A DNA stretch of 64,000 bases from an uncultured Gemmatimonadales bacterium (lineage in GTDB: Bacteria; Gemmatimonadota; Gemmatimonadetes; Gemmatimonadales; GWC2-71-9): contig CAWGED010000005.1 of the NCBI GenBank assembly GCA_963821525.1, positions 416,001-480,000 on the forward strand, in the 5' to 3' direction. How positions within the stretch are numbered: position 1 is the stretch's first letter; the number at the start of each line of letters is the position of its first letter. The notes beneath the pieces are model-generated. The model searched no databases. It was not told where the DNA came from and worked only from the letters and a program-made list of their open reading frames with translations. The position numbers and the translations under genes were made by a program. This document shows, piece by piece, positions 54,819 through 64,000 of the stretch.

Positions 54819-56067
54819 ATGCTTTAATCTTGTCCCTTTGCGGTTGGAGGGGAAGATCGAGGATGAAATAGCCCCCGCCGGGTCGCGTGCCACCGCCTTG
54901 AAGCTCCCCGCCCAGTAGCCGGGCAAGCCGGCGCGAAAGGGGGAGCCCGAGGCCACTTCCCTTTCCTTCCTCCCCCGCCTGTTGTCGTGTAAATGTCGAA
55001 GATCTGTTCTTCACTCCCGGCGTCGATCCCGGGACCCTGATCCGCGATCCCGATTCGCGCCATCGCGTCCGCTGTTCCGACGCCGACCTGGATCTTGCTT
55101 CCCTCCGGAGTGTGGCGGACCGCGTTGCCAAGGAGGTTGACCAGGATTTGCTCGACTCGGTGCGGGTCAGTCTGGCACAGTGGCATCTCTGGCTCGACCT
55201 CGGCAATCAGCTCCACGTTCTTCGCCTGCGCGGCGGGGGTCATCCGGGCCAGTGCGTGACGTACCACGATCCCGCAGTCCACTTCCCGCATGACGGGCTT
55301 CAGTCGGTCCTCGTCCAGCCGACTCAGATCGAGCAGATCGTTGATCAGACCAATCGCCTGTTCCGCCGAGTCCAGGACCTCGAAGGCGGCCCGGGGCACC
55401 GTCTGGGGGTCCTTCTTGCGGGTGAGCATCTCGGCCCAGCCGTAGACCGCGGCCAGTGCATTGCGCAGTTCGTGGTTCACCATCGCGAAGAAGCGCTCCC
55501 GCGAGCGATGCAGCCGCTGCACCTCCTCCAATAGCCGAGCACTGTCCTCATGCAGCCGGGCGTTCTCGATCGCCGCCGAGACCTTCGCAGGCCAGCAGGA
55601 TTGCCAGGTGTTCGTCCTCGGCGCGTGAACTCCGCGGCGCCCAGCTTCTCGGTGAGGTACAAGTCTCCCAGCACGCCGCGCTTGCCCAAAATGGGCACGC
55701 CCAGGAACGAGTGCATGGGAGGGTGGTTGGGCGGGAAGCCGTAACTCGCCGGATGTTGCATGAGGTCAGCCATCCGGACGCTGCGCCCCTCATGGATCAC
55801 CAGGCCGAGAATCCCGAGACCCTTCGGCAGTGTGCCGATCCGGGCTCGTTCTTCCGCGGTCATTCCGTGGACCGTGAAGTCTCGAGGGTCCGGCCGTCGA
55901 GGGCTCAGCATGCCGACCGCGGCATAGCGGGCTCCGATCGTCTCGGCGGCGAGGTCCGCGGCCCTCTGCAGCACCCCCTCCAGGCTCACTTCCGAAATCA
56001 GTTCCGGTGTCGCTTGCGCCAGGCGCTCCAGTCGGTCCGACAATGAGATAGGAGGGGAATCGGCCAT
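54811..56067 (-). CDS. Cytoplasmic GAF-HisKA-HATPase sensor kinase (several frameshifts)
   Basis: GAF PKGLGILG...HPASYGFPPNHPPMHSFLGVPI; H-box FFAMVNHELRNAL; N-box NLLGNAVRH; DQGPGI; GSGLGL. Confidence 0.9.
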
Positions 56068-56146
56068 GGGATAATTGTACACAATTTCACGGAGTCTTCA
56101 CCTCCGCCTGGCTAACCTGAGTTCGGAACCTTGTGGAGGAGACTTC

Positions 56147-56992
56147 GTGCAACTGGATCACATCGTCGCGGCGGTCGATCAATCCGAAGAGGGTCGGTCC
56201 GCGCTTCAGGCTGCACTGAGGCTGGGCAGGCACTCAAGCGGGAAGGTGACGGCGCTGAGTATCGAGCCACCTTCCTCGGAGCGCTCTGGGTCAGGTGAGC
56301 GAGCCGATCCCGACGGTGTTGGACTCCGGCCGGGGAGGCGTCCCGAAGAGTGTCGGGATCATAGCAGTGCAGTCCGTTCGGGGCCTCCGGGTGTGGAGAT
56401 CGGGCGGTTTGCGGAAGACGAGGAAGCCGGGCTCGTCGTCCTGGGGAGGAAACGACGCTCAATGACGCAACGCCTTCTGCTCGGTGACACCGCCGACGAA
56501 GCGGTACGACGGAGCCATGTGCCATGCCTCCGGTACGGGCTGGGTCGGATCATGAGTTCACCTCGGTGCTCGCCGCGCTGGATGGAACCGCGAGGGGGAT
56601 AGCCGTGCTGCTCGCGGCCCTGGACCTGAGCCGCTGCACCGGCAGCCGCCTCAGGGTGCTGACGGTCGAGCCGTCCATGGACGGTAAAGCCAAGCGCGAG
56701 CTGTCGCCATCCACCCGGAGCGTGCGCCTCGCCGAGTCGGTAGACAGGATCCGAATCGACGACGACGGCGGTGCATCCTGGGATCCGGCCGGGTCAATTC
56801 GGTGACTCGCCCCTCGTGATTCGGCACGGACAGGTGGTTGAAGAGATTCTCGCCGAGGTGACAACGTCCGGCGCCGACCTCCTGGTGATCGGCTACCATC
56901 GCGGCGGACCCGCCGGGGTTATCGAGGCCGGCAGCATCGCCCGACGGGTACTGCATCAGGCCGAATGCGCCGTTCTCACGGTGCCGCTGTAA
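56147..56992 (+). CDS. Tandem universal stress protein (frameshifted)
   Basis: HIVAAVDQS, LVVLGR..LLGDTA, VLAALDG, DLLVIG..AGSIARRVL..VLTVP. Confidence 0.85.
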
Positions 56993-57012
56993 GGGCAGAG
57001 GGAGAGGATCCC

Positions 57013-57222
57013 ATGGAACGAAATGAATGCTGGCCAGACCGGATCACCCGTTTCATCGCAGGCGTGATGCTGTTGGGCCTTTACGGCGCCTTGGCAGCGC
57101 CGTGGAAGTACCTGACTCTGACCGGACTGGTGTTGATCGCCACCGCCATGACCGGTTACTGCCCGCTCTATTCGCTGGTTGGATTCAGGACCTGCAAGAG
57201 ACAGGAAGGAGCGCATCCATGA
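57013..57222 (+). CDS. DUF2892 (YgaP-like) small membrane protein
   Basis: MERNECWPDRITRFIAG ... TGYCPLYSLVGFRTC. Confidence 0.88.
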   Translation: MERNECWPDRITRFIAGVMLLGLYGALAAPWKYLTLTGLVLIATAMTGYCPLYSLVGFRTCKRQEGAHP

Positions 57223-58321
57223 ACGACACACTGCTCGAATCATGGGCCGAGGCGATCGATGAGTTCCCGATCAGTGGCACGCCTTCGGAGCAATTGAGCG
57301 CCGCCGCTCGCCACGCGACCCTGGCCCCTTCGACTCATAACACGCAGCCTTGGCTTTTCCGGGTCAGCGGCTCGACGCTGGACCTCTACGCCGATCGCTC
57401 CCGGGTGCAGCCCATTGTGGATCCGGACCAGCGCGAGCTCACTATCAGCTGCGGGGCCGCGCTCTACATCATTCGGCTCACGCTTGCCCGGTTCGGCCGC
57501 GATTCGCGCTGCACCCTGCTGCCGGACCCGAGGGACCCGGATCTTCTGGCTCGGGTGACCCTCGACGGCCTGCTGGAACCCGACCTGCGGCACCAACGCC
57601 TTTACGACGCGATTTCGACACGGCGGACGAACCGGCATCCCTTTGCGGAGCGCCCCATCCCCGTGCCGGTCCTCGCGAAGGCATCGCGGCGGTCGAAGCG
57701 CAAGGAGCGCGTATTCAGCTGGTGCTTGACCAGCCGTTGTTCGGCGGTATCGCCCAGCTGGTGGCAGAGGCGGACCGGGCTCAGATGGCGGATGCCGCAT
57801 TTCGGGAGGAGCTGGCGCAGTCCATCCACGCCAATCGAAGCCACAAGCGTGACGGCATGCCGGGGAATGTCTTTGGTATGGGCGGCCTCGCCTCCGCCGT
57901 GGCCCCGACGGTGGTCCGCAAGTTCGACCTGGGACTGGGGACGGCCCGGCGCGACGTGGCACTGGTTGCAGAATCGCCTGCTTTGGCTGTGATCTGGACC
58001 CGAGGGGACACCAGGCGGCATTGGATCCGGGCAGGACAGGCACTCGTCGCGCTGCTGCTCAACCTGCAGGCCGACGGCGTCGCGGCCTCCTTCCTCAACC
58101 AACCGCTGCAGGTCGGTCCGCTGCGCGAACGGCTCCGTGCCCTGATCGCCTGCCCGGGATCCCCCCAGCTGATCCTGCGGTTGGGCTACGCTCCCGAGGT
58201 CGCACCTACGCCTCGGCGAGACCCCAGTGACGTCGTCGTCAATCTGACGCCGCGCGAAGAAACTCACCGGTCTTCTGGTAATCCACTCGCCGGCGCGGCC
58301 GGTTCGCCTGAGGAGGCATGA
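57219..58321 (+). CDS. Acg family FMN-binding nitroreductase-like protein (frameshift near 57683)
   Basis: LAPSTHNTQPW, VDPDQRELTISCGAAL, RRTNRHPF, WIRAGQAL, PQLILRLG, TPRR. Confidence 0.9.
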
Positions 58322-59313
58322 TCATGGGCACCTATCACTCAATCCTGGTTCCCCTCGATGGCAGCGAATTCGGGGAACGGGCGATCCCGCTCGCGGTTGA
58401 CCTGGCGCGACGAAACAACGCCCGCCTTGAGCTCGCGCTGGTACATCAACCTCTCCAATCATTTGCCACCGCGATGGAGATGCCGGAGGTGGGAGCCGAG
58501 TACGAAAACGAAGCCCGGCGCCGGGAACAGGAGTATCTCGACCAGACGACGCAGCGCCTCGCGAGCAGGCACAACATTCCAGTGAGCTCGAGACTGTTGC
58601 AGGGCTCCGTGGCCGAGACTCTTGAATCGCATGCGCAGGTTTCGGCAATTGACCTGGTCGTGATGAGCACGCATGGCCGTGGCGCCATGGGCCGCTTCTG
58701 GCTGGGCAGCGTCGCCGATCGACTGATCCGCCGCCTGCACATTCCGGTGCTGGTCGTGCGTCCCAGCTGGCAGGAGGACATGCCAGACGCCGAGATCAAA
58801 CGGATTCTTGTGCCGCTCGACGGCTCACCCCTCGCCGAGGCTATTCTGGAGGATGCGGTTCGCTTCGGAGGCGATGAGGCGGAATACCTGCTCGTTTCGG
58901 TGGTCGTGCCACCCGTCCCACTGTTGGACATGGTGCCGGTCACTGGTATGCCCGACACCTCGGCGCTGGTTCCCGGATTGATGAAAGCCGCGGAAGGCTA
59001 CTTGGACAGAATCGCAGAGCGTCTCCGCAGCGAAGGCCGGCGCGTTTCTGCCCATACCGTGCTCGCGGATCGGGTCCATGAGGGGCTTCTGGAACAGGCC
59101 AACCTGTTCGGCGCCGACCTCATCACCATCGCAACCCATGGCGCCGGTGGCATCAAGCGCTTCGCGATCGGCAGCGTGACTGAGAAGATTGTGCGCGGAA
59201 CTCCTTGCCCAGTGCTGGTCCTGACGCCTCAACCCGGAAGCCTGAAGCCCCGGCCGATGCCGGCGACCGAGAGTGAGGGGGAGCCCGTGACTTGCTGTTC
59301 GGTGCGGGTGTAG
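58318..59313 (+). CDS. Tandem universal stress protein
   Basis: ILVPLDGS twice, VMSTHGRG..LGSVA, IATHG..IGSVT. Confidence 0.95.
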   Translation: MIMGTYHSILVPLDGSEFGERAIPLAVDLARRNNARLELALVHQPLQSFATAMEMPEVGAEYENEARRREQEYLDQTTQRLASRHNIPVSSRLLQGSVAETLESHAQVSAIDLVVMSTHGRGAMGRFWLGSVADRLIRRLHIPVLVVRPSWQEDMPDAEIKRILVPLDGSPLAEAILEDAVRFGGDEAEYLLVSVVVPPVPLLDMVPVTGMPDTSALVPGLMKAAEGYLDRIAERLRSEGRRVSAHTVLADRVHEGLLEQANLFGADLITIATHGAGGIKRFAIGSVTEKIVRGTPCPVLVLTPQPGSLKPRPMPATESEGEPVTCCSVRV

Positions 59314-59359
59314 GAAGGGCATTAGGACCGGCAGCGGGTCGCCGTTCATTGATAATGAA

Positions 59360-59397
59360 GGGGTCGCCAGGGGCAGTTCTCTGGCGACCCCGTTTTT
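59360..59397 (+). terminator. Intrinsic terminator after the USP operon
   Basis: GGGGTCGCCAG-10nt-CTGGCGACCCC followed by GTTTTT. Confidence 0.8.
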
Positions 59398-59459
59398 CCT
59401 GCCCGGTCAAGCGGTTTTCGGATGCCGAGGTCGGAAGAGCCCGTAGTGACCTTAGGTCC

Positions 59460-59702
59460 ATGTCTCGGACCTGTCGTGTGCTGCGGCTCCAGGGCTCGGC
59501 TTCGGACATCGTCACCTTCGAGCCGCTGAAGGCCCGATTTCCCGGAGCCCGTCTTACACCGGTGGGTGTCGATGTGCCGCTCGATTCTCAGGGTCCGGAA
59601 GAAATCCTCGCCGCATGCTGTGCCGAAGGAGTCAGGGTCCTGGGCAGCGTGGTGCTCCCCGCCTTCAATGATTCGCTGCTACAGCTAACTGCTAACAGCT
59701 AA
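59460..59702 (+). CDS. Small hypothetical protein
   Basis: ATG 59460, ~80 aa alpha/beta-like; tail runs into CTAACAG repeats. Confidence 0.4.
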   Translation: MSRTCRVLRLQGSASDIVTFEPLKARFPGARLTPVGVDVPLDSQGPEEILAACCAEGVRVLGSVVLPAFNDSLLQLTANS

Positions 59703-59730
59703 CAGCTAACGCTGACGGCTGAACTGACGG
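59681..59730. repeat. GCTAACA/GCTGACG heptamer repeats
   Basis: Same family as 1050-1168 and 15240-15340. Confidence 0.75.
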
Positions 59731-59777
59731 CCAGCCTGCGGGTTGAAGGCCGCCGTGGGTGTCCCTACGTTTCGGCC

Positions 59778-60809
59778 GTGTCGATCTTCGCATTCCCCGA
59801 GAGCCTTCGGCAGCTCGCCGAGTTTCTCCGCCTCGACGCGGCGGAGCTGGTGCGGAAGCTGTCCCAGGTCGTGGTCATTTGGCTCCTGGCCTTCGGCGCC
59901 TGGCGTCTCGTCCGCCTCATCTCCAGACGGATCGTCAAGGCCGTAGATGACGGCGACGACGCGGCGTTCACCGAACGGGAGCAACGCGGCTACACCATCG
60001 CTCAGTTGCTGAGGAGCCTCGGCGTGGCTGTTATCCTCGGGGTCTCGATCCTCCTGAGTCTCAACGTCTTCGTGAACATCGGCCCATTGCTGGCGGGCGC
60101 CGGCATTCTGGGCTTGGCCATTTCCTTCGGTGCCCAGAGCCTGGTCAAGGACATAATCACCGGATTCTTTTTCCTTTTTGAGGGCCAGTTCGCCGTGGGC
60201 GATGTGATCGAAGTAGCGGGCAGGTCAGGTGTCGTCGAAAGAATGACCCTGCGGGTCGTCATGCTGCGCGACGCAAATGGCGTCTTGCACATAGTCCCCA
60301 ACGGCCAGGTCACCACCGTGAGCAACATGACTCGCACCTGGTCGAGGGCCGTGGTGGACGTCGGGGTGGCGTACGGCACCGACGTAGACAAGGCGCTCGA
60401 AGTCTTTCGGGACGAGGCCAATCGGTTCGCCAAGGACGAGCACTGGGCGTCGAGGTTCGACGGCGATCCTGAGGTGGTCGGTGTCAACTCGCTCGATGAG
60501 AGCCAGATCACGATCCGGACCCAGTTCCGCACCCATGCCGGACAGCAGTGGGCAGTAGGACGGGAATTTCGCCGCCGCATCCTGAGTCGGCTGGCGCATG
60601 AGGGGATAGAGATTCCCTTCCCCGCCCGCAGCGTGAACCTTCGCATTGCGGACGCCAAGGCGCTTGCCAAGGCGATGGGGCAGGGTGGCGATGGTGAACC
60701 CGAGGCTCCCCCCGAATCAGCCGAGCAACCGGAACCCCCGGCAGCCGAGCTACCGGAACCCCCGACAGGCGAGACCGTGGAACCGGCGGCGCCTACGTCT
60801 CACGACTGA
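59778..60809 (+). CDS. Small-conductance mechanosensitive channel family (YbiO/YkuT-like)
   Basis: GAGILGLAISFGAQSLVKD, FAVGDVI, GVVERMTLR, IVPNG, GIEIPFP. Confidence 0.92.
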   Translation: MSIFAFPESLRQLAEFLRLDAAELVRKLSQVVVIWLLAFGAWRLVRLISRRIVKAVDDGDDAAFTEREQRGYTIAQLLRSLGVAVILGVSILLSLNVFVNIGPLLAGAGILGLAISFGAQSLVKDIITGFFFLFEGQFAVGDVIEVAGRSGVVERMTLRVVMLRDANGVLHIVPNGQVTTVSNMTRTWSRAVVDVGVAYGTDVDKALEVFRDEANRFAKDEHWASRFDGDPEVVGVNSLDESQITIRTQFRTHAGQQWAVGREFRRRILSRLAHEGIEIPFPARSVNLRIADAKALAKAMGQGGDGEPEAPPESAEQPEPPAAELPEPPTGETVEPAAPTSHD

Positions 60810-60820
60810 GCTCCAGCTCC

Positions 60821-62285
60821 ATGGCCCTCCGCCTCTACAACACCCTCACCCAGCGGGTGGAACCCTTCGAGCCGATCCGGCCGGGCCATGCTACGCTCTA
60901 CACCTGCGGGCCGACGATCTGGAACTACGCCCACATCGGGAACTTCCGGACCTTTCTCTTCGAGGATCTGTTGCGTCGCTGGCTGATCGCCAGCGGCTTC
61001 AAGGTCCTCCAGATCATGAACCTCACCGACGTGGATGACCGGATCATCCGCGAAGCCTCGGCGAAGGGCGTCGCAATCGGGGACTTCACTGCTCCGTATG
61101 CCGAGGCCTTTCAGCAGGACCGGAAATGGCTTCGGATCCAGGACGCGGAGGAATACCCGCGCGCCACCGGGTTCATTGCGCCCATGATCGAGCTGGTTGA
61201 GGGCCTGCTCGCCAAGGGCGTCGCATATAAAGGAGAGGACGGCTCGGTCTATTTCGCGATTGCCCGCTTTCCGGCCTATGGGAAACTGTCCCAGCTGGAT
61301 AAGCGCCAATTGAAGACCGGTGCCAGCGGCAGGGTCTCCTCCGATGAGTATGACAAGGAGAACGCCCAGGACTTTGTCTTATGGAAAGCGGCGAAGCCGG
61401 AGGATGAAGCCGTCGGAGCAGCATGGGATGCGCCGTTCGGCCGCGGCCGGCCGGGATGGCACCTCGAGTGCTCGGCCATGGCGCTGGCACTCCTCAAGCA
61501 GCACGGCGCCGGGGACGTACTCGATATCCATGCCGGCGGAGTGGACCTGATCTTTCCCCATCACGAGGATGAGATCGCGCAGAGCTGCGCCTTTACCGGG
61601 CAGCCGTATTTCGCGCGCTACTGGCTGCACGGAGAGTTTCTGAATATCCGCGGCACCAAGATGTCGAAGCGCTTTGGGAACATCACGACCCCTCGGGACC
61701 TGCGGGAGGACGGGGTGGATCCGGGCGCGGTTCGACTGTTGGTCTTCCAGGCTCACTATCGCCAGAAGATGGATCTGACCGACGAGTCGCTCGCGATGGC
61801 CCGGGAGAGCGCGCGGCGCCTGGGGGAATTCGATGGGCGGTTTCGCGCCGCAGGCGCCGACGGGGAGCAGTGGTAGGATGGGGCCGAGGTGACGGTGATG
61901 ATCTCAATGCCCCCCGGGCCATCGCCGCTTTGTTCGACGCCACGCGCGAAGGAAATCGCCTTCTGGACAACGCGAGACTCCGACTCCCGCCGCCCTCGCC
62001 GCTTGGGAAAGGTTCCGACGTCTTCGACCCCTTCCCGGCGGTTCGGGAGCAGTGCGGGTGGACTTTCGATTGGAGGGCGCGGGGATCGTAACCTCGCTGT
62101 CCTCAACACCACCAGATGACGGCGAACAGGCGACCGCCTGGGCCCGGTCTTGGGCCGCAGCCCGGATCTCTGCGAAGAAGGCGAAGAATTTTGCCGAGGC
62201 GGATCGGATCCGCGCCATGCTTAAACAGCACGGCTTCGAGATCCGGGATGGGAAGGACGGCTCGGTAGAGGTAAGGCGGATGTAA
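60821..62285 (+). CDS. cysS: Cysteine--tRNA ligase (frameshifts at ~61860-62100)
   Basis: YTCGPT, HIGN, DFVLWK, GRPGWHLECSAM, DIHAGGVDLIFPHHEDE, KMSK, DDLN, KNFAEADRIR. Confidence 0.96.
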
Positions 62286-62305
62286 ATCGTCGGCACTGCT
62301 CCTCT

Positions 62306-62343
62306 AAAACAAAAGCGCCCGCACCCTTGTGAGAGCTGCGGGC
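62306..62343 (-). terminator. Probable intrinsic terminator
   Basis: GCCCGCA...TGCGGGC stem with an A-run (T-run on the minus strand) between convergent genes. Confidence 0.55.
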
Positions 62344-62365
62344 ACCGTTGGGTCGAGCTCGGGCA

Positions 62366-63727
62366 CTAGGGCTGCCAGCGCGCTGCGACCTTGTTCTGTA
62401 CGGTCACGACGTATCCTGCGACAACTGGTCCGTCCGTAGCTTCGCTCAGGCCTAACGCTTCGCCGTGGCCTTCCAGTAGTTGGAGCGTCCCACTCGTGCC
62501 CCAGAACACAGGCCTCAGGATGCCATTGGGCGGAGCCTGTGCAGAGCCGGAAACTTGGCCCGAATTGTTGATGGCGAAGGCCGCGCTGCCCGAACCCAGG
62601 TCGGGAAGGAACGTCACTGTCCAGCTACCACCTGAAGGCGCCCATTGAGTCGCGCGGTTGACGAACTTGTTTCTCCCGAGGGAGATGGAGGTCCAGCCCA
62701 CGATGACACCAGCATCGTTGATGTCTCGAACGGAGACAGCAGAGGTCCCGGCTGGCAACGGCAGCAGGATCGGTGCTGCTGTCGGTGATGCCCAGAGCGC
62801 GGCCCGATTCTGGCCCGCAACTGTGCACTTGGCAACAACGGCTTCCAGGTTGTTGATCCCAGGGTAGCCCGAGCATCTCGTCGCGCCGCTAGGCAGCTGC
62901 AGCATCTGCCATCCGGTGCTCTCCGACCATACGGCCGAAACGTCCATAGCGGCCACCGATCCCGCCTCGTTGATCGCCATTGCACCGGCGAGCGACCCGT
63001 CCGGAAGCCGTGGGAGCGCTTCGACCTGATAGGTACCCCCCGACGGCACCCATCGCACGTCGCTCGAGAAGGCGGATCCGATGTAGGCCATTCCTACCAC
63101 GACACCGGCACTGTTGATGTCGGTTGCCACGCCACCGCAGGTGCCTGGCAGCGCGGGTAACGCGGTGAGCTGCCCCAACTGATCCCACACCGCCGGGCCC
63201 CAGCCCGGGCCGCACGGGACAGTAACCCTTCCCGCGATTAGCCCGTTGTCGCTCACTCCATACACGTCCGAAAATCCCGAGGGCGCGTTCAGCACCTCGG
63301 CCGACACCAGCACCGCGAACTTCTCCGTCCCGATCCCCTTCTTGCCGGTGGATTTCGTGACCATGACGTCGTAGGAGACGGGAGCCGCGTCTGCGGCAAC
63401 GCTGACATTGGCCAGCAGCTCGGTGCTCGAAAGGTAGGTCGTGGAGTTGACTTGGAGCTTCGGGTCAACCACCCCCGCCCGGGCAAAATCGACCTTCGAA
63501 CCTTGGTCGTAGTTCGTGCCGAGGATGTGAACGTCAAGCGTGGAATCCTGTGGCGCCTCCGCCGGATCGGCGCTGGTGACCGTGGGATCGCTCCCACCGC
63601 CCTTGGCGAATGCAAGATCCCCGGCATTGGGCTGGGTGCTTCGGGGCTCGGCACAAGACAAGCCGAACACCAGCAGGAGGACAGCACCCAGCAGGGTTCC
63701 TTGCCTCACCTTCAAGACGGCGGCCAT
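62366..63727 (-). CDS. Lipoprotein with Ig-like N-domain and HAF-type extracellular repeats
   Basis: Lipobox FGLSC; repeats ATDINSAGVVVG, AMAINEAG, VRDINDAGVIVG, AFAINNSGQVSG. Confidence 0.8.
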   Translation of the reverse strand: MAAVLKVRQGTLLGAVLLLVFGLSCAEPRSTQPNAGDLAFAKGGGSDPTVTSADPAEAPQDSTLDVHILGTNYDQGSKVDFARAGVVDPKLQVNSTTYLSSTELLANVSVAADAAPVSYDVMVTKSTGKKGIGTEKFAVLVSAEVLNAPSGFSDVYGVSDNGLIAGRVTVPCGPGWGPAVWDQLGQLTALPALPGTCGGVATDINSAGVVVGMAYIGSAFSSDVRWVPSGGTYQVEALPRLPDGSLAGAMAINEAGSVAAMDVSAVWSESTGWQMLQLPSGATRCSGYPGINNLEAVVAKCTVAGQNRAALWASPTAAPILLPLPAGTSAVSVRDINDAGVIVGWTSISLGRNKFVNRATQWAPSGGSWTVTFLPDLGSGSAAFAINNSGQVSGSAQAPPNGILRPVFWGTSGTLQLLEGHGEALGLSEATDGPVVAGYVVTVQNKVAARWQP

Positions 63728-63784
63728 ACGACCTCCCATTCGAGTCTTACGGGAATCGGTAAGAACGAGCGAGAACCCTCCTAT

Positions 63785-64000
63785 TCAGTTGACGGACAGA
63801 GCCCCGTTTTTTTGCGGATGCCCGTCGGCCCCACCTTCCCCGTTCAGGACGTAGCCCGCCCAGTAATACGGCGCCCGCCACTTTGAGTCAGCGAGCATTT
63901 CCCGCTGGGTTAAGGCCAGGGCCTCGGCGGCTGCCACGGCAGGGTAGTGACGGTAGAATCGGGCGGCGAACTCGGCTGCTCCCCGGTCGTCCACCCGCCA
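63785..64000 (-). CDS. CHAT domain protein (C-terminal fragment)
   Basis: WRVDD..AAEF..RFY...AEALALTQREML..WRAPYYWAGYVLNG. Confidence 0.85.
   Translation of the reverse strand, partial: WRVDDRGAAEFAARFYRHYPAVAAAEALALTQREMLADSKWRAPYYWAGYVLNGEGGADGHPQKNGALSVN

Overview
High-GC bacterial chromosomal window. Gene content (clade II nosZ, Ser/Thr kinase, CHAT and TPR proteins, TonB) is most consistent with Gemmatimonadota; this is an inference. Single-base frameshifts break many genes, including uvrA and cysS, and probably reflect long-read errors rather than pseudogenes. Main blocks: (1) 1-10 kb housekeeping genes (macro-domain fragment, TPR, MFS, uvrA, DPP-IV-like S9 peptidase, sdaAB-sdaAA). (2) 10.1-14.0 kb, the most striking locus: nine tandem, divergent small membrane-anchored coiled-coil paralogs sharing a C-terminal E(L/T/V)(Q/E)ER(L/V/M)(D/E)F(A/T/N)ER(L/M)L motif (PspB-like architecture), followed by a YbjN/CesT-like gene and pspA (bacterial ESCRT-III family). 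(3) A ~7.6-kb integrase-less island (20.4-28.1 kb) flanked by a duplicated 3' end of a VOC gene, encoding two peptidoglycan hydrolases, holin-like and coiled-coil membrane proteins and a large secreted protein. (4) A 33.8-59.3 kb low-oxygen respiration/stress region: clade II nos operon with a divergent Rrf2 regulator, ba3-type oxidase, SulP, Hsp20, P1B ATPase, USPs, Acg nitroreductase, and a DosS-like GAF kinase paired with an OmpR-type regulator, with a shared candidate operator (TTCATGAAG). (5) MscS, cysS, a repeat lipoprotein and a CHAT fragment. Many intergenic spaces hold 7-8-mer tandem repeats arranged as long inverted hairpins. No rRNA, tRNA, CRISPR array or transposase was seen.
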